A stretch of DNA of 64,000 bases from Nanobdellota archaeon (GTDB taxonomy: Archaea > Nanobdellota > Nanobdellia > SCGC-AAA011-G17 > JACPIM01): assembly GCA_038046265.1 (NCBI GenBank), contig JBBSWN010000010.1, forward strand, positions 75,091-139,090, in the 5' to 3' direction. The notes beneath the pieces are model-generated. The model saw nothing but the letters and a program-made list of their open reading frames with translations. It had not been told where the DNA came from and did not search any database. Shown here in pieces: positions 28,135 to 38,038 of this stretch (positions are counted from its first letter, which is position 1; every line of letters starts with the position of its first letter). The position numbers and the translations under genes were made by a program.

Positions 28135-29979
28135 TTATTTTTTAATTATTACATTCAGCCACATTGACAATCTGGCAAAAAATAATAAAATTGTCCAGTA
28201 AAATTCTTTTATTGTTCTTGGATAAGTTAAAGCTGAAATTGTGCCTTTCAAGATTTCATTTTTTAGGGATTTAACTTTGGCTTCTTTAATTTTTAATTTA
28301 TTCTGAATAACTTCATGCTTTTTTGCATGCAAAGATTTCTGTTCAAACCATTCATTTAATGTAACTGGATTTTTAACCAAAACTTTTGCGTTTTCAATGT
28401 ATTTTAATTTATAGAAATTTCTCCAGAAAATATATGGTATTAAATGATCTTCAGCAACTCCTAATGGAATTTCCTTTACAAAACCATTTTTGAATGCAAA
28501 TAAATAATTAGTGCCTTCAAAGAATTTTTCCTGCTGTGATAATTCTTTTCTTATTTTATGGGCGCCAGCATCCAGCAATAAATGAGACCAGTAGCCCACC
28601 AAGTTATTTTTTGGATTTAAGGAAATTGGTCTGCCTGTAACGCAGCCAACTGAAGGATCTTTAAAAGAGTTTAAAACTTCATTTATTGAAGAATTTGACA
28701 AGATTGCCAGGTCATTTGTAACTAAAATTATTTTGTTTTTTGCCAATTCAAGACCAGAATTTATTAAATTTGAGTTTTCTTTTTGAAGAACAATTTTTAA
28801 ATTAGGGTATTTTTTTGCAAGGTCTTTTGTATTTTTATCTTTTGATGATATTATTATTTCATATTGAACTGGGATTTTTTGGTCTACAATGGCTCTTAAT
28901 GATTTTTCTGTGTCTTCTAATTTATTTGACATTAATATTATTGACAAGGATTGTTTTTTTACTTCTATGGCTGCATTTAACAAGTCTTTTACATAAACTC
29001 CGTCTATACAACTAGGAATTCTGCCATCATATGAAGAGTAACAGCCAACACAGTCAGATGGTGTAAAGATTTTTAAACCTTGAGTGTACATTTCTATTTC
29101 CTGGGGTGCTGTCTGGCCGAAAAAAGTAATTGTGTTTCTTTTTAATGCCAATGATATATGAAGACCTAATGAATCTGATGTAACAACTGTGTCACAGATT
29201 GAGATTAAGGAAGCTAATTCAAAAATGTAATTTCCACAGCCAGCATTAATTAAAGGCACTCTTGCTTCTGTCAAAATTTTATTGTTTCTCTCAATTTGAT
29301 CAGGACCGCCTAATAAAATTATTTTAGCATTTAATTCTTTGTACAATTTTTGGATTAATTCTATTGTTTTGTCTATTGGCAGACTTTTTAATGGCCATCT
29401 CACGCCTGCTCCTGTGTTGATTCCGACTATGAAGTCGTCTTTTTTTAAATTGTATCTTCTTAGAAAATCTTTTGCAAATTCTTTTTGTTTTTTTGTCAGG
29501 ATTAAAATAGGCGGGTCTTTTTTGTATGTTAATTCTGACAAATCATAGATTAGTTCTGGATAAGTTTTCTTGTTTTTCTTTTTCAATACATCGTTCATTG
29601 GTTTTGGGCCAATCAAGGACATTTTAAAGTAATATTCAGCTGACTTTGTCGGAACTATTTTGTTTTCATTATTAACATAGTAACCATAGATTTTTGCTTT
29701 TTTATTTAAGAAATGAGAAGTTAAAGAACATGCTTCATAATCTTCATCCAGATTAATTACGATATCAAAAGTTTCTTGTTTTAAGTTAAGGATGTTTTCC
29801 TTGCCATAAAGAACTATTTTATTTATGTAAGGATTTGTTTTTACTAAGTCTAGGGCTTCTAATTTTGTGAACCATGTGATTTTAGAATTTGGATATTTTC
29901 TTTTTATACCAGTAAGTATACAAGTTGATCTTAGGACATCACCTAATGCACCTTGCTTTATTATGAGGATATTAGTCAC
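28135..29979 (-). CDS. Bifunctional glycosyltransferase: N-terminal GT9 (heptosyltransferase-like) fused to a C-terminal GT2-like domain
   Basis: The GTG start reads MTNILIIKQGALGDVLRS. The GT9 core is GINTGAGVRWP...LGGPDQ...VTSDSLGLHISLAL. A GT-A-like region of about 270 aa follows. Confidence 0.65.
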   Translation of the reverse strand: MTNILIIKQGALGDVLRSTCILTGIKRKYPNSKITWFTKLEALDLVKTNPYINKIVLYGKENILNLKQETFDIVINLDEDYEACSLTSHFLNKKAKIYGYYVNNENKIVPTKSAEYYFKMSLIGPKPMNDVLKKKNKKTYPELIYDLSELTYKKDPPILILTKKQKEFAKDFLRRYNLKKDDFIVGINTGAGVRWPLKSLPIDKTIELIQKLYKELNAKIILLGGPDQIERNNKILTEARVPLINAGCGNYIFELASLISICDTVVTSDSLGLHISLALKRNTITFFGQTAPQEIEMYTQGLKIFTPSDCVGCYSSYDGRIPSCIDGVYVKDLLNAAIEVKKQSLSIILMSNKLEDTEKSLRAIVDQKIPVQYEIIISSKDKNTKDLAKKYPNLKIVLQKENSNLINSGLELAKNKIILVTNDLAILSNSSINEVLNSFKDPSVGCVTGRPISLNPKNNLVGYWSHLLLDAGAHKIRKELSQQEKFFEGTNYLFAFKNGFVKEIPLGVAEDHLIPYIFWRNFYKLKYIENAKVLVKNPVTLNEWFEQKSLHAKKHEVIQNKLKIKEAKVKSLKNEILKGTISALTYPRTIKEFYWTILLFFARLSMWLNVIIKK

Positions 29980-29985
29980 AATGAG

Positions 29986-30032
29986 CCCTTTTCAGAAAAG
30001 CGTTCACGAAAAACCGGCGCTTCACCAAAAAG
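29986..30032 (-). repeat. Recurrent upstream motif, copy upstream of the GT9-GT2 gene
   Basis: CCCTTTTCAGAAAAGCGTTCACGAAAAACCGGCGCTTCACCAAAAAG. Confidence 0.5.
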
Positions 30033-30033
30033 A

Positions 30034-30618
30034 TTAATCAAATTTTAGTTCGTCATCTTGAACATATTCAAGATTTTTTTGTAATGCCATATATGCTTTT
30101 TGAAGTTCTCTGCCTAAATATGCGCAATGATCTTTTCTAATAGCTAATTTTTCTTTATTGATTATTGTTTGGTAAATGTCAATTGGCTTTTTGCCTGTTA
30201 TTTTCAAGACTAATTTGTTTCTTTCATTGCAGAAACCAACTTCTATTAATTTTTTTTCTTTATTTACTCTTATTAAAAAATAACCTGCTGGATCTAATAC
30301 AAATTCCTTGCTATCATCATAGTCTGCTTTTACTTCCTTTACATTGTCTTGTTTTAATTCTGTTGTGACTATTTCTTTATTATCTTCTAGATTAATGACT
30401 TTGATTGAGTTTGTAGGACAGGAACTTGCTGCTTTTATTAATTTTTCTGCTTCATTATCTGGGAGCTCTAATTCTAGAACTTGAGTATTGTTATTTGTGT
30501 GGCCTTTTTTTAAGAATGCTTTATGGTTTTTTGATTCAAAGTGAGAAGGATCAATGCTAATGCAGCTTCTATTATCAATACATTTTTCCATATCTAATTC
30601 TACTCTTAATTTTTTCAT
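30034..30618 (-). CDS. Ferredoxin-like mono-cluster domain protein with a C-terminal domain of unknown function
   Basis: N-terminal C-x5-C...C-P arrangement (CIDNRSC...SSCPTNSI), as in single-cluster ferredoxins. The C-terminus contains a DPAGYF motif. Confidence 0.4.
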   Translation of the reverse strand: MKKLRVELDMEKCIDNRSCISIDPSHFESKNHKAFLKKGHTNNNTQVLELELPDNEAEKLIKAASSCPTNSIKVINLEDNKEIVTTELKQDNVKEVKADYDDSKEFVLDPAGYFLIRVNKEKKLIEVGFCNERNKLVLKITGKKPIDIYQTIINKEKLAIRKDHCAYLGRELQKAYMALQKNLEYVQDDELKFD

Positions 30619-30655
30619 CTTACTAAGAACACCTTATTTTTTCTTTATATGCTTA

Positions 30656-31816
30656 TTATTTAGACTTTTTAAGCTTATTTATTGTTTCTTTATATAGATT
30701 TAAGGTTCTTTCTGCTATTAAGTCCCAATCATAGTTTTGGGCTTTTTCTTTATTATTTTTAGAGATTTTTTCAGCCAGCTTTTTGTCTTCCAGTAATAAC
30801 AGGATTTTTTCTTTTAGTTTTTGTATGTCGCCGTAATTTACAAAGAAACCGTTTTCAGGATCTTTTATTTCATAAGGAATTCCGTTTACAGGAGAGGCTA
30901 CTATTGGAAGGCCAGATGCCAAGGCTTCAAATAAAGTCAGAGGAAGGCCTTCACGAAAACTGGGCATTACATATATTTCAGAAGACTGGTACATTTTTGC
31001 TATTTTTTCTTTTTCCCTTATCGGGCCAAGGATAACTATATTTGGATCATCAGCAACTAATTCTTTTACTTTATTCAACATTCCTTCATCTGGACCAACT
31101 ATCAAGAATTTTATATCTTTTCTTTCTTTCAGGATTTCTTTTGCTGCCAATACAAACTTGTCAGGGCCTTTAGTTGGATTTAATCTTCCGAAGAACAAGA
31201 CGATTTTTTCTTTTATATTTAACTGTTTTTTGAAGTCATTGTTTTTAATTTTATTGAAGAATATTTTGTCTACACCATTTGGGATTACTATGATTTTTTC
31301 TTTTTTCCCACCATATTTTTCTATAAATGGGATTTCCCAGGGTGTAATTGCAATTATTTTATCTGAGAATTTAAAACTTATTTTGTTTATTGTTTTATAT
31401 GAAATGTTAACCAAGATTCTTCCTACCAAAGATCTGAAACCTTCTGTCCATGGACAATGAGTTGTGTGAACTAAGGGAGTTTTTTTTATTTTAGCTATTA
31501 TTGAGCCGAAAAAAGTATGGGCATGGCCTGAAACATGTGTGTGAATTATGTCGAATTTGTATTTTGATAATGTCCAGAGTAGAGAAGGAAAAATGGAGGC
31601 AAAACTTGCAACTTTTAAAATATGGAAATGCCTGTGAACGTGAACACCATTGATTGTTTCTTCTTTTGTTTTTATCCTGGATTTTTTATCCCAGTCTGAT
31701 GTAAATATATGAACTTCATGACCTTGCTTTACATATCTCTCTGCTAATTCTTTTACAACCTGCTCTACACCACCTATTGTAGGGTAGTAGAATGCTGTGA
31801 CATAGGCTATTTTCAT
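30656..31816 (-). CDS. Glycosyltransferase family 4
   Basis: Contains EGLPLTLFEALASGLPIVAS. The likely start is MKIAYVTAFYYP; the ORF-track start at 31837 is TTG. Confidence 0.75.
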   Translation of the reverse strand: MKIAYVTAFYYPTIGGVEQVVKELAERYVKQGHEVHIFTSDWDKKSRIKTKEETINGVHVHRHFHILKVASFASIFPSLLWTLSKYKFDIIHTHVSGHAHTFFGSIIAKIKKTPLVHTTHCPWTEGFRSLVGRILVNISYKTINKISFKFSDKIIAITPWEIPFIEKYGGKKEKIIVIPNGVDKIFFNKIKNNDFKKQLNIKEKIVLFFGRLNPTKGPDKFVLAAKEILKERKDIKFLIVGPDEGMLNKVKELVADDPNIVILGPIREKEKIAKMYQSSEIYVMPSFREGLPLTLFEALASGLPIVASPVNGIPYEIKDPENGFFVNYGDIQKLKEKILLLLEDKKLAEKISKNNKEKAQNYDWDLIAERTLNLYKETINKLKKSK

Positions 31817-31855
31817 GTGAAAAGGCTTAAAAACCAACTTTATATAGATTTTGCC

Positions 31856-32941
31856 ATGAAAATCTTGTATTCAAACAAATCGTTGTATCCATATGAAGGG
31901 GGGGCAGATATTTCTGCATTTACTTTGTTAGAACATTTGGCTGAAAAGCATGAGGTGAGTGCTTATTACATTGGAGACATAAAGGAAAATTCCAAAGTTA
32001 AGTTATATCCGCAAAAAATAAAGCAAAAAAAAGGATTATGGATTAATTTGTTTTTTTTAAGAAGAAAATGGAAAAAGATATTGAAAAAGGCCATTGAAAA
32101 AGAGAAACCAGACTTAATTATTTCACAAGATTATTTTATAGGGCCAAGCGTTAAAATTGCGAAAAAATATGGTGTTAAAAGCATTATTTTTTTGAGAAGT
32201 TATTTTCATTTAAGCATTGATAATTTTAAAAGTTATCTGCCAGAAGAAGGAAAGTTTACTAGCAAGGATTTAATTTATCAGTTACAATGGCCTTTTTTTA
32301 AGTTTGTTGTAAAGGAAAGCAAGTGGGCTTTAAAAAATGCTGATTTAGTTTGCTCTGTAAGTAATTATATGAGAGATGTTACATTAAAGTTTTGCAATGT
32401 CAAGAGCGAGGTTGTAAGGCCATTTGTTTCTTTTAATGAATGCAAAGCAGAGAGAAAGGGGGATTATATTTTGTATATTAATCCGGACAAGCACAAAGGA
32501 AAGGAGATTTTTGAAAAAATTGCAACTTTACTGCCTTTGAAAAAATTCTTAGTGGCTGGAAAAAAAGACTATAAAACTGAGTTAATGAATGTTGATGTTG
32601 TTGGTTTTGAGGACAAGAAAGAAATTTATTCAAAAGGAAGATTATTGCTAGTGCCTTCTATTTTTCCTGACCCTCATCCTAGAGTTGTGGTAGAAGCTAT
32701 GGTTAATGGAATTCCCTGTGTTGTAAGCGACAGGGGCGGATTAAGGGAAGAAGTGGGGGGAGCGGGAGTTATTGTTGAGGATATTTTTGATATTGATGAA
32801 TGGGTTAAAAAAATAAAAGCTTTTGATGATGAAGAGTTTTACAAAAAAATGAGCAAGTACAGCCAGTTTAAAGCTTTGGAATTTGAGGACAAAAGGCAGT
32901 TTATCAGGTTTGAACATTTACTAAGCAAGTTATTTAATTGA
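31856..32941 (+). CDS. Glycosyltransferase family 4
   Basis: Contains PRVVVEAMVNGIPCVVSDRGGLRE. The first ATG is at 31856; the track's start at 31817 is GTG. Confidence 0.65.
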   Translation: MKILYSNKSLYPYEGGADISAFTLLEHLAEKHEVSAYYIGDIKENSKVKLYPQKIKQKKGLWINLFFLRRKWKKILKKAIEKEKPDLIISQDYFIGPSVKIAKKYGVKSIIFLRSYFHLSIDNFKSYLPEEGKFTSKDLIYQLQWPFFKFVVKESKWALKNADLVCSVSNYMRDVTLKFCNVKSEVVRPFVSFNECKAERKGDYILYINPDKHKGKEIFEKIATLLPLKKFLVAGKKDYKTELMNVDVVGFEDKKEIYSKGRLLLVPSIFPDPHPRVVVEAMVNGIPCVVSDRGGLREEVGGAGVIVEDIFDIDEWVKKIKAFDDEEFYKKMSKYSQFKALEFEDKRQFIRFEHLLSKLFN

Positions 32942-34448
32942 GGAATTTTTTTGATATTTTATTTTTTAAATCTTTTATTAAGTCGAGGTCATCTTTATCT
33001 AGAATTTTTAATAGGTAAACTAGTGATGAATATACTACTAAAATAAACAAGGATGTAATTATCAAGTTAATTTCACTGGAAAATTTGATGTAGTTTTTAA
33101 AAATCAATGTCAAAACTAAAGTTAAAATTAAAGCGATGAAAATTTTTACGTAGTTGAACATAAACGGATGAAGTTTTGTAAATTTATATGAAGTTAACAT
33201 CATTAAAATGGCACCAATAAAGAAAGACAAGGACGTTGCAATTGATGCCCCGACAATACTGTATTTTGGAATAAGGAAGTAATTTAATATTATATTTGAG
33301 AGAGCAAAAATTGCAATTATAATGAAGATTGTTTTTGTTTTCTTTATTACAGAAAGAAGATTCATGCTGATATCACTTAATGAGAAAACTAAGTAACCAA
33401 TGCTTAAGATTGTTAATGGAAGGGCTGCTGATATGTATTCTGATCTAAAAAAAGTAAGAACTAGGTCTTTTGACAACAAGAAAATTATCAGGAAAATAGG
33501 TATGTTTAACAGCAGGGAATATTTTGAGACTTTTTTGTAAATATCACTTATTTGATCTAGGTTGTTTTTACCGTATAGTTCTGATATAATTGGCATGAAC
33601 AAGTACATAATTCCATATATTGGGACTATGATTAAGGTTGAGGTTGGAAGAGCAACATTATATATTCCAACGTCTGAAGTTGTCTTGAAATAACCTATCA
33701 TTAACAAGTCAGTCCAGGCGATTATAAACCACATGAAGTTTTTCAGCATTAAAGGCAGGGAATAATTCAACAATTCTTTTTTGTTTTCTTTTTCTTTAAT
33801 TTCTCTGGAAAATATACTGAAAATTTTCTTGTTGAATGCAAATAATGACAGGAAAAAAACAATTATTATTGAGAGTACGAAACCAAGCAAAGCACCATAT
33901 AATTTAAAACCAAGAGTTATTAAAATAAAAGTTATTATTAATCTTAATGATTTTTCTGTTAATTCCTTGAAAAGGACTTCGTATTCTGGTTTTTGGAATG
34001 CCCTGAATGAAACAAGGATTAACTGGAGAAGTGTGGAGAAAGGAAGAGCAATTGCGATGAACAAAATAACTTTTGTAAGTTCATATTCATCAAAAATTCT
34101 GCTTGAAATAAAGTCAGAGAAGACAATGAGAAGAACTGCAATAAACAAGCTTGAATTTAAGACTGTTTTTAAAGATATTAAAAGAGTATTTTTAACCAAT
34201 GCCTGGTTATTTTTGCCATTGTAAAAAGGAATAAATCTCAAAATGCCTTCATCTAACCCCATCAAAGCAAGAGCGCTAGAAAAGGACAATACTGCAAGGC
34301 CAAGGCTTAACAAGCCGTAATCATGAGAACCTAATTTTATAGCAACAAGAACAACATATAAGTAGGAAAATAGCTTACCAAAGACCATTGAAAATAAAAC
34401 AAGGAAAGCTCCTTTCACTATTTTCTCCATATAAGGCAAAGAATCCAT
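32934..34448 (-). CDS. Oligosaccharide flippase (Wzx/MOP superfamily)
   Basis: 504 aa with about 12-14 TM helices and a MATE-like repeat. Confidence 0.65.
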   Translation of the reverse strand: MDSLPYMEKIVKGAFLVLFSMVFGKLFSYLYVVLVAIKLGSHDYGLLSLGLAVLSFSSALALMGLDEGILRFIPFYNGKNNQALVKNTLLISLKTVLNSSLFIAVLLIVFSDFISSRIFDEYELTKVILFIAIALPFSTLLQLILVSFRAFQKPEYEVLFKELTEKSLRLIITFILITLGFKLYGALLGFVLSIIIVFFLSLFAFNKKIFSIFSREIKEKENKKELLNYSLPLMLKNFMWFIIAWTDLLMIGYFKTTSDVGIYNVALPTSTLIIVPIYGIMYLFMPIISELYGKNNLDQISDIYKKVSKYSLLLNIPIFLIIFLLSKDLVLTFFRSEYISAALPLTILSIGYLVFSLSDISMNLLSVIKKTKTIFIIIAIFALSNIILNYFLIPKYSIVGASIATSLSFFIGAILMMLTSYKFTKLHPFMFNYVKIFIALILTLVLTLIFKNYIKFSSEINLIITSLFILVVYSSLVYLLKILDKDDLDLIKDLKNKISKKFLN

Positions 34449-34501
34449 TTTTTTAAGAAGAAGTGTTAAATTTAAAAACCTTTTCAGTATAGCTTTTGGG
34501 A

Positions 34502-36373
34502 ATGTGCGGGATAGCTGGATTTAATTTTGAGGACAAGGATTTAATTAAAAAGATGTGCGACTCTATTGAGCACAGAGGACCTGATGATTTTGGTTTTTAT
34601 TCTGATAAATTCTGCACTATTGGAAACAGGAGATTGAGCATTATTGACTTAAAGAAAGGGAAGCAGCCTATTTCTAATGAAGATGGAACAATATGGGTTG
34701 TTTTTAACGGGGAAATTTACAATTTTTTAGACATTAAAGATGAGTTAGAGAAGAGGGGGCATAATTTTTACACAAACACTGACACAGAAGTAATTGTACA
34801 TGCTTACCAGGAATACAAGGAAGACTGTGTTAAATTATTCAGGGGGATGTTTGCTTTTTGTGTTTATGATGCTAATGAGAAGAAATTGTTTTTAGCAAGA
34901 GACAGGACAGGAAAAAAACCCCTGTATTATTATCATGAAAATGATAAATTCTTATTTGGGTCTGAATTAAAGGCTTTATTATGTTATGAAGAGCTAAAGA
35001 AGGAAATAAATTTAGAGGGAGTTCATCATTATTTAACTTTTGGATATGTGCCAACACCATTAACAATTTTAAGGAATGTTAAGAAATTAGAGCCAGGGCA
35101 TTATTTAATTTTTAAAAATAATGAAATTACAATTGAGAAGTACTGGGATGTAAATTTTAACGAGATAAAAAGCTCTGAAGAATATTTTGCAAACAGGATT
35201 TATGAAATTTTGAAGGACAGTGTTAAAATAAGGCTAGTTGGAGATGTTCCTATCGGCGCTTTCTTGTCTGGTGGGAGTGATTCAAGCATTGTTGTCGGGC
35301 TAATGTCAAAGTTTCAGAAAGTAAAGACTTTTTCCATTGGATTTAGCGAGAAAGATTTTGATGAATTAAACTATGCAAAGATAGTGAGTGAGAAATTTAA
35401 TACTGACCACAAGGAGTTTAATGTTTCTGTTAATCTAACTAAAGATTTACCATTTATTATGAAGCAGTTTGATGAGCCTTTTGTTGACCCTTCTGCCTTA
35501 CCTACTTATTATTTATGCAAATTAACAAGGGAGCATGTCAAAGTTGCCTTGAGCGGTGATGGTGGGGATGAAGTTTTTGCTGGATATACAAGATATAATC
35601 CATGGAACCAGGATAAAATTGCTAAGGTCTACAGGTTTATGCCTCCTTTTTTAAAATCTGGTTTAGGAAAAATATCAGGGCTAGTTTATGACAAGACTAA
35701 GAATAATTTTTTCAGGAAATTCAAGAAAATTAATGACTTAAGCAGCTTAAATAAAGAAGAAAGGTGGATGTCAAAACTAAACTTGTTTAATGAGGAAGAG
35801 AAAAAAGAATTATACTTAGAAAAGCCAGATGTTCCAGATTCTTTTTCTGTAATAAATTATCATTTCAAGAAATGCAATTCAAGGAATTTTTTAAACAAGA
35901 TGCTGTATGCTGACATGAAGACTTTTTTATTAGATGATGGATTAACAAAGGTTGACAGGATGAGCATGATGAATTCTCTGGAAGTAAGAAATCCTTTTTT
36001 AGACACCTATGTGATTGACTTAGCTTCTGGAATTCCTGCTTACTTGAAAATCAAGAATGGAATAAATAAATATATTTTGAAAAAAGCTTTTTCAGATTTA
36101 CTGCCAAAGGAGATTTTAGAAAGAGGGAAACAAGGTTTTGATGTTCCAATAAAACACTGGATTAAGAATGAGTTAAAGGATTTAGTCAATACAGAATTAA
36201 TTAACGATGTTAGTAAAAGAAATTTCTTTAAAAAAGATTATGTAAAGAAGATCATAGATGAACATAATTCTGACAGAAGAGATAATTCAAGAAGAATTTG
36301 GAGCTTATTGATGCTGGAATTATGGAACAAAATTTATATGGATAATATAGATATAAAGAAAATTAAGCTTTAG
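34502..36373 (+). CDS. asnB: Asparagine synthase (glutamine-hydrolysing)-family amidotransferase
   Basis: Begins MCGIAGF with the Cys2 nucleophile, and has the SGGSDSS PP-loop. The ATG is at 34502; the track's start at 34496 is TTG. Confidence 0.85.
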   Translation: MCGIAGFNFEDKDLIKKMCDSIEHRGPDDFGFYSDKFCTIGNRRLSIIDLKKGKQPISNEDGTIWVVFNGEIYNFLDIKDELEKRGHNFYTNTDTEVIVHAYQEYKEDCVKLFRGMFAFCVYDANEKKLFLARDRTGKKPLYYYHENDKFLFGSELKALLCYEELKKEINLEGVHHYLTFGYVPTPLTILRNVKKLEPGHYLIFKNNEITIEKYWDVNFNEIKSSEEYFANRIYEILKDSVKIRLVGDVPIGAFLSGGSDSSIVVGLMSKFQKVKTFSIGFSEKDFDELNYAKIVSEKFNTDHKEFNVSVNLTKDLPFIMKQFDEPFVDPSALPTYYLCKLTREHVKVALSGDGGDEVFAGYTRYNPWNQDKIAKVYRFMPPFLKSGLGKISGLVYDKTKNNFFRKFKKINDLSSLNKEERWMSKLNLFNEEEKKELYLEKPDVPDSFSVINYHFKKCNSRNFLNKMLYADMKTFLLDDGLTKVDRMSMMNSLEVRNPFLDTYVIDLASGIPAYLKIKNGINKYILKKAFSDLLPKEILERGKQGFDVPIKHWIKNELKDLVNTELINDVSKRNFFKKDYVKKIIDEHNSDRRDNSRRIWSLLMLELWNKIYMDNIDIKKIKL

Positions 36374-36755
36374 ATTCTCTTTCTTTTTTAATAGTTTCAT
36401 ATAAGTCATTTAGTGCATTTCTTAATTCTGCAATTTCAACTGGTTTTCTAAAGAAGTAATCTGGTTCAAGAGATTTCCATTCATCTTGGCCTTTAGAATC
36501 TCCTGAATTAGCAATTATTCTTGGTTTATGCCCTAAGCTTCTTGCCTTTTTAACAATATTAGGGCCGTAAGGAAGTCCATTACAATAAGTATCTGATAAA
36601 ACAATCTCTGGTTTTTTTAAAATTAAATCAATGCCTTCTTTTTCGGTCATTGCCAGTTCAGTTTTAAAACCCAATCTGTCAACTACTGTCCTGAATACAC
36701 CTGCGGGACTATCATCATCTTCAATGATTAGAACTGTTATATCTTTCTTTTCCAT
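36363..36755 (-). CDS. Stand-alone response-regulator receiver domain
   Basis: 130 aa with an EDDD acidic pocket, a phospho-acceptor Asp in VLSDTY, and a conserved Lys. Confidence 0.65.
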   Translation of the reverse strand: MEKKDITVLIIEDDDSPAGVFRTVVDRLGFKTELAMTEKEGIDLILKKPEIVLSDTYCNGLPYGPNIVKKARSLGHKPRIIANSGDSKGQDEWKSLEPDYFFRKPVEIAELRNALNDLYETIKKERESKA

Positions 36756-36845
36756 ATTGTTATTACTTATAAATAGTATTTATAAAGGTTTCTCTTTAGG
36801 TTAGTTTTAAATAGAGGGTTTTGTTTATATAGAAAAGGAGGGATT

Positions 36846-37982
36846 ATGACTTTAAACCAGTTTTCTAATGCTGAAAGAATGGCTTATCAGGTAATTAGGA
36901 AAATACCAGCAAGAATAAAGAATCCTTTAGTTGCAAATATCAATAGATTTAGAGTAAAGAGAGTGAAGAATTTTCAAACACCACAAAATTTGATTTTTTA
37001 TGTTACTGATTACTGCAATGCAAGATGCTCTCATTGTTTTTACTGGAAGAATTTGAACAAGAGACAAGATGAAATGACATTAGATCAAATAAAGACAATG
37101 ATAAAATCATTGAAAACACAATTAAACATGCTGGTAATCACTGGTGGGGAGCCTTTTATCAGAAAAGATCTTTATGAGATATGCTCTGCTTTTTACCAGA
37201 TAAACAAGACAAAAAGAATTAACATTGTGACTAATGGATTATTAGGAACTAAAATTCTTGATACAGTAACAAGACTAGTTACTGAAAATCCTGATAAAAG
37301 ACTGACTATTATTGTTTCTTTAGATGGTTTAGAAGACACGCACAATATGATAAGAAGAGTTCCTAATATATGGAAAAAGGACATTGAATTAATTGATGAT
37401 TTAAAGAAAATTGCTGAACAGCATTCTAACTTGTCATTGTTTGTAAATTTGACTATGACAAAGACAAATATACATGAAGTAAAGCCTTTAAGCAAATTTG
37501 TTAAAGATGAATTAAAGATTAATTTTAAGGTAAATGTTTTAAGGACAGGAAAAAATTATTATCAAGTTCCAAAAGAAATTTTAATGGATTATGAGCCTGA
37601 GATTTCCAACCAGCCAAGTGTTGAGGAATTAGAAGAAGTTTATGAATGGATGGACAAAGAGACTGAGGATTTACCAGGAAAAGTTGAGGTTTTGAAACTA
37701 AAGCACTCAATTGACATGATAAAGCATGAGAAGCCAACTTTAAAATGTTTGGCTGGGTATAATGACGGGGTGGTTTTTCCAACTGGGAAAGTTGCTATAT
37801 GCGAGCCTACAAAATCTTTTGCAGATTTAAAAGATTATAATTTTGACTTTAACAAATTATGGAATTCTAAGGAAGCCCAGTTAATGAGACAGCAGACTAG
37901 CGAGTGTTTTTGTCTGCAATCCTGCAACTTGCTTAATTCTATGAAATATGACACAGCTACACTTAAAAACCTGCTAAAGTAA
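36846..37982 (+). CDS. Radical SAM enzyme with a C-terminal SPASM/twitch Cys cluster
   Basis: CNARCSHC CxxxCxxC motif plus a C-terminal Cys-rich region (CEPT...CFCLQSC). GGAGGG lies upstream. Confidence 0.7.
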   Translation: MTLNQFSNAERMAYQVIRKIPARIKNPLVANINRFRVKRVKNFQTPQNLIFYVTDYCNARCSHCFYWKNLNKRQDEMTLDQIKTMIKSLKTQLNMLVITGGEPFIRKDLYEICSAFYQINKTKRINIVTNGLLGTKILDTVTRLVTENPDKRLTIIVSLDGLEDTHNMIRRVPNIWKKDIELIDDLKKIAEQHSNLSLFVNLTMTKTNIHEVKPLSKFVKDELKINFKVNVLRTGKNYYQVPKEILMDYEPEISNQPSVEELEEVYEWMDKETEDLPGKVEVLKLKHSIDMIKHEKPTLKCLAGYNDGVVFPTGKVAICEPTKSFADLKDYNFDFNKLWNSKEAQLMRQQTSECFCLQSCNLLNSMKYDTATLKNLLK

Positions 37983-38038
37983 GCTTTTTGAGAAAAAGCT
38001 TAAGCAAAAAGCATAAGAAAGCCTTTAGGAAAAATAAA

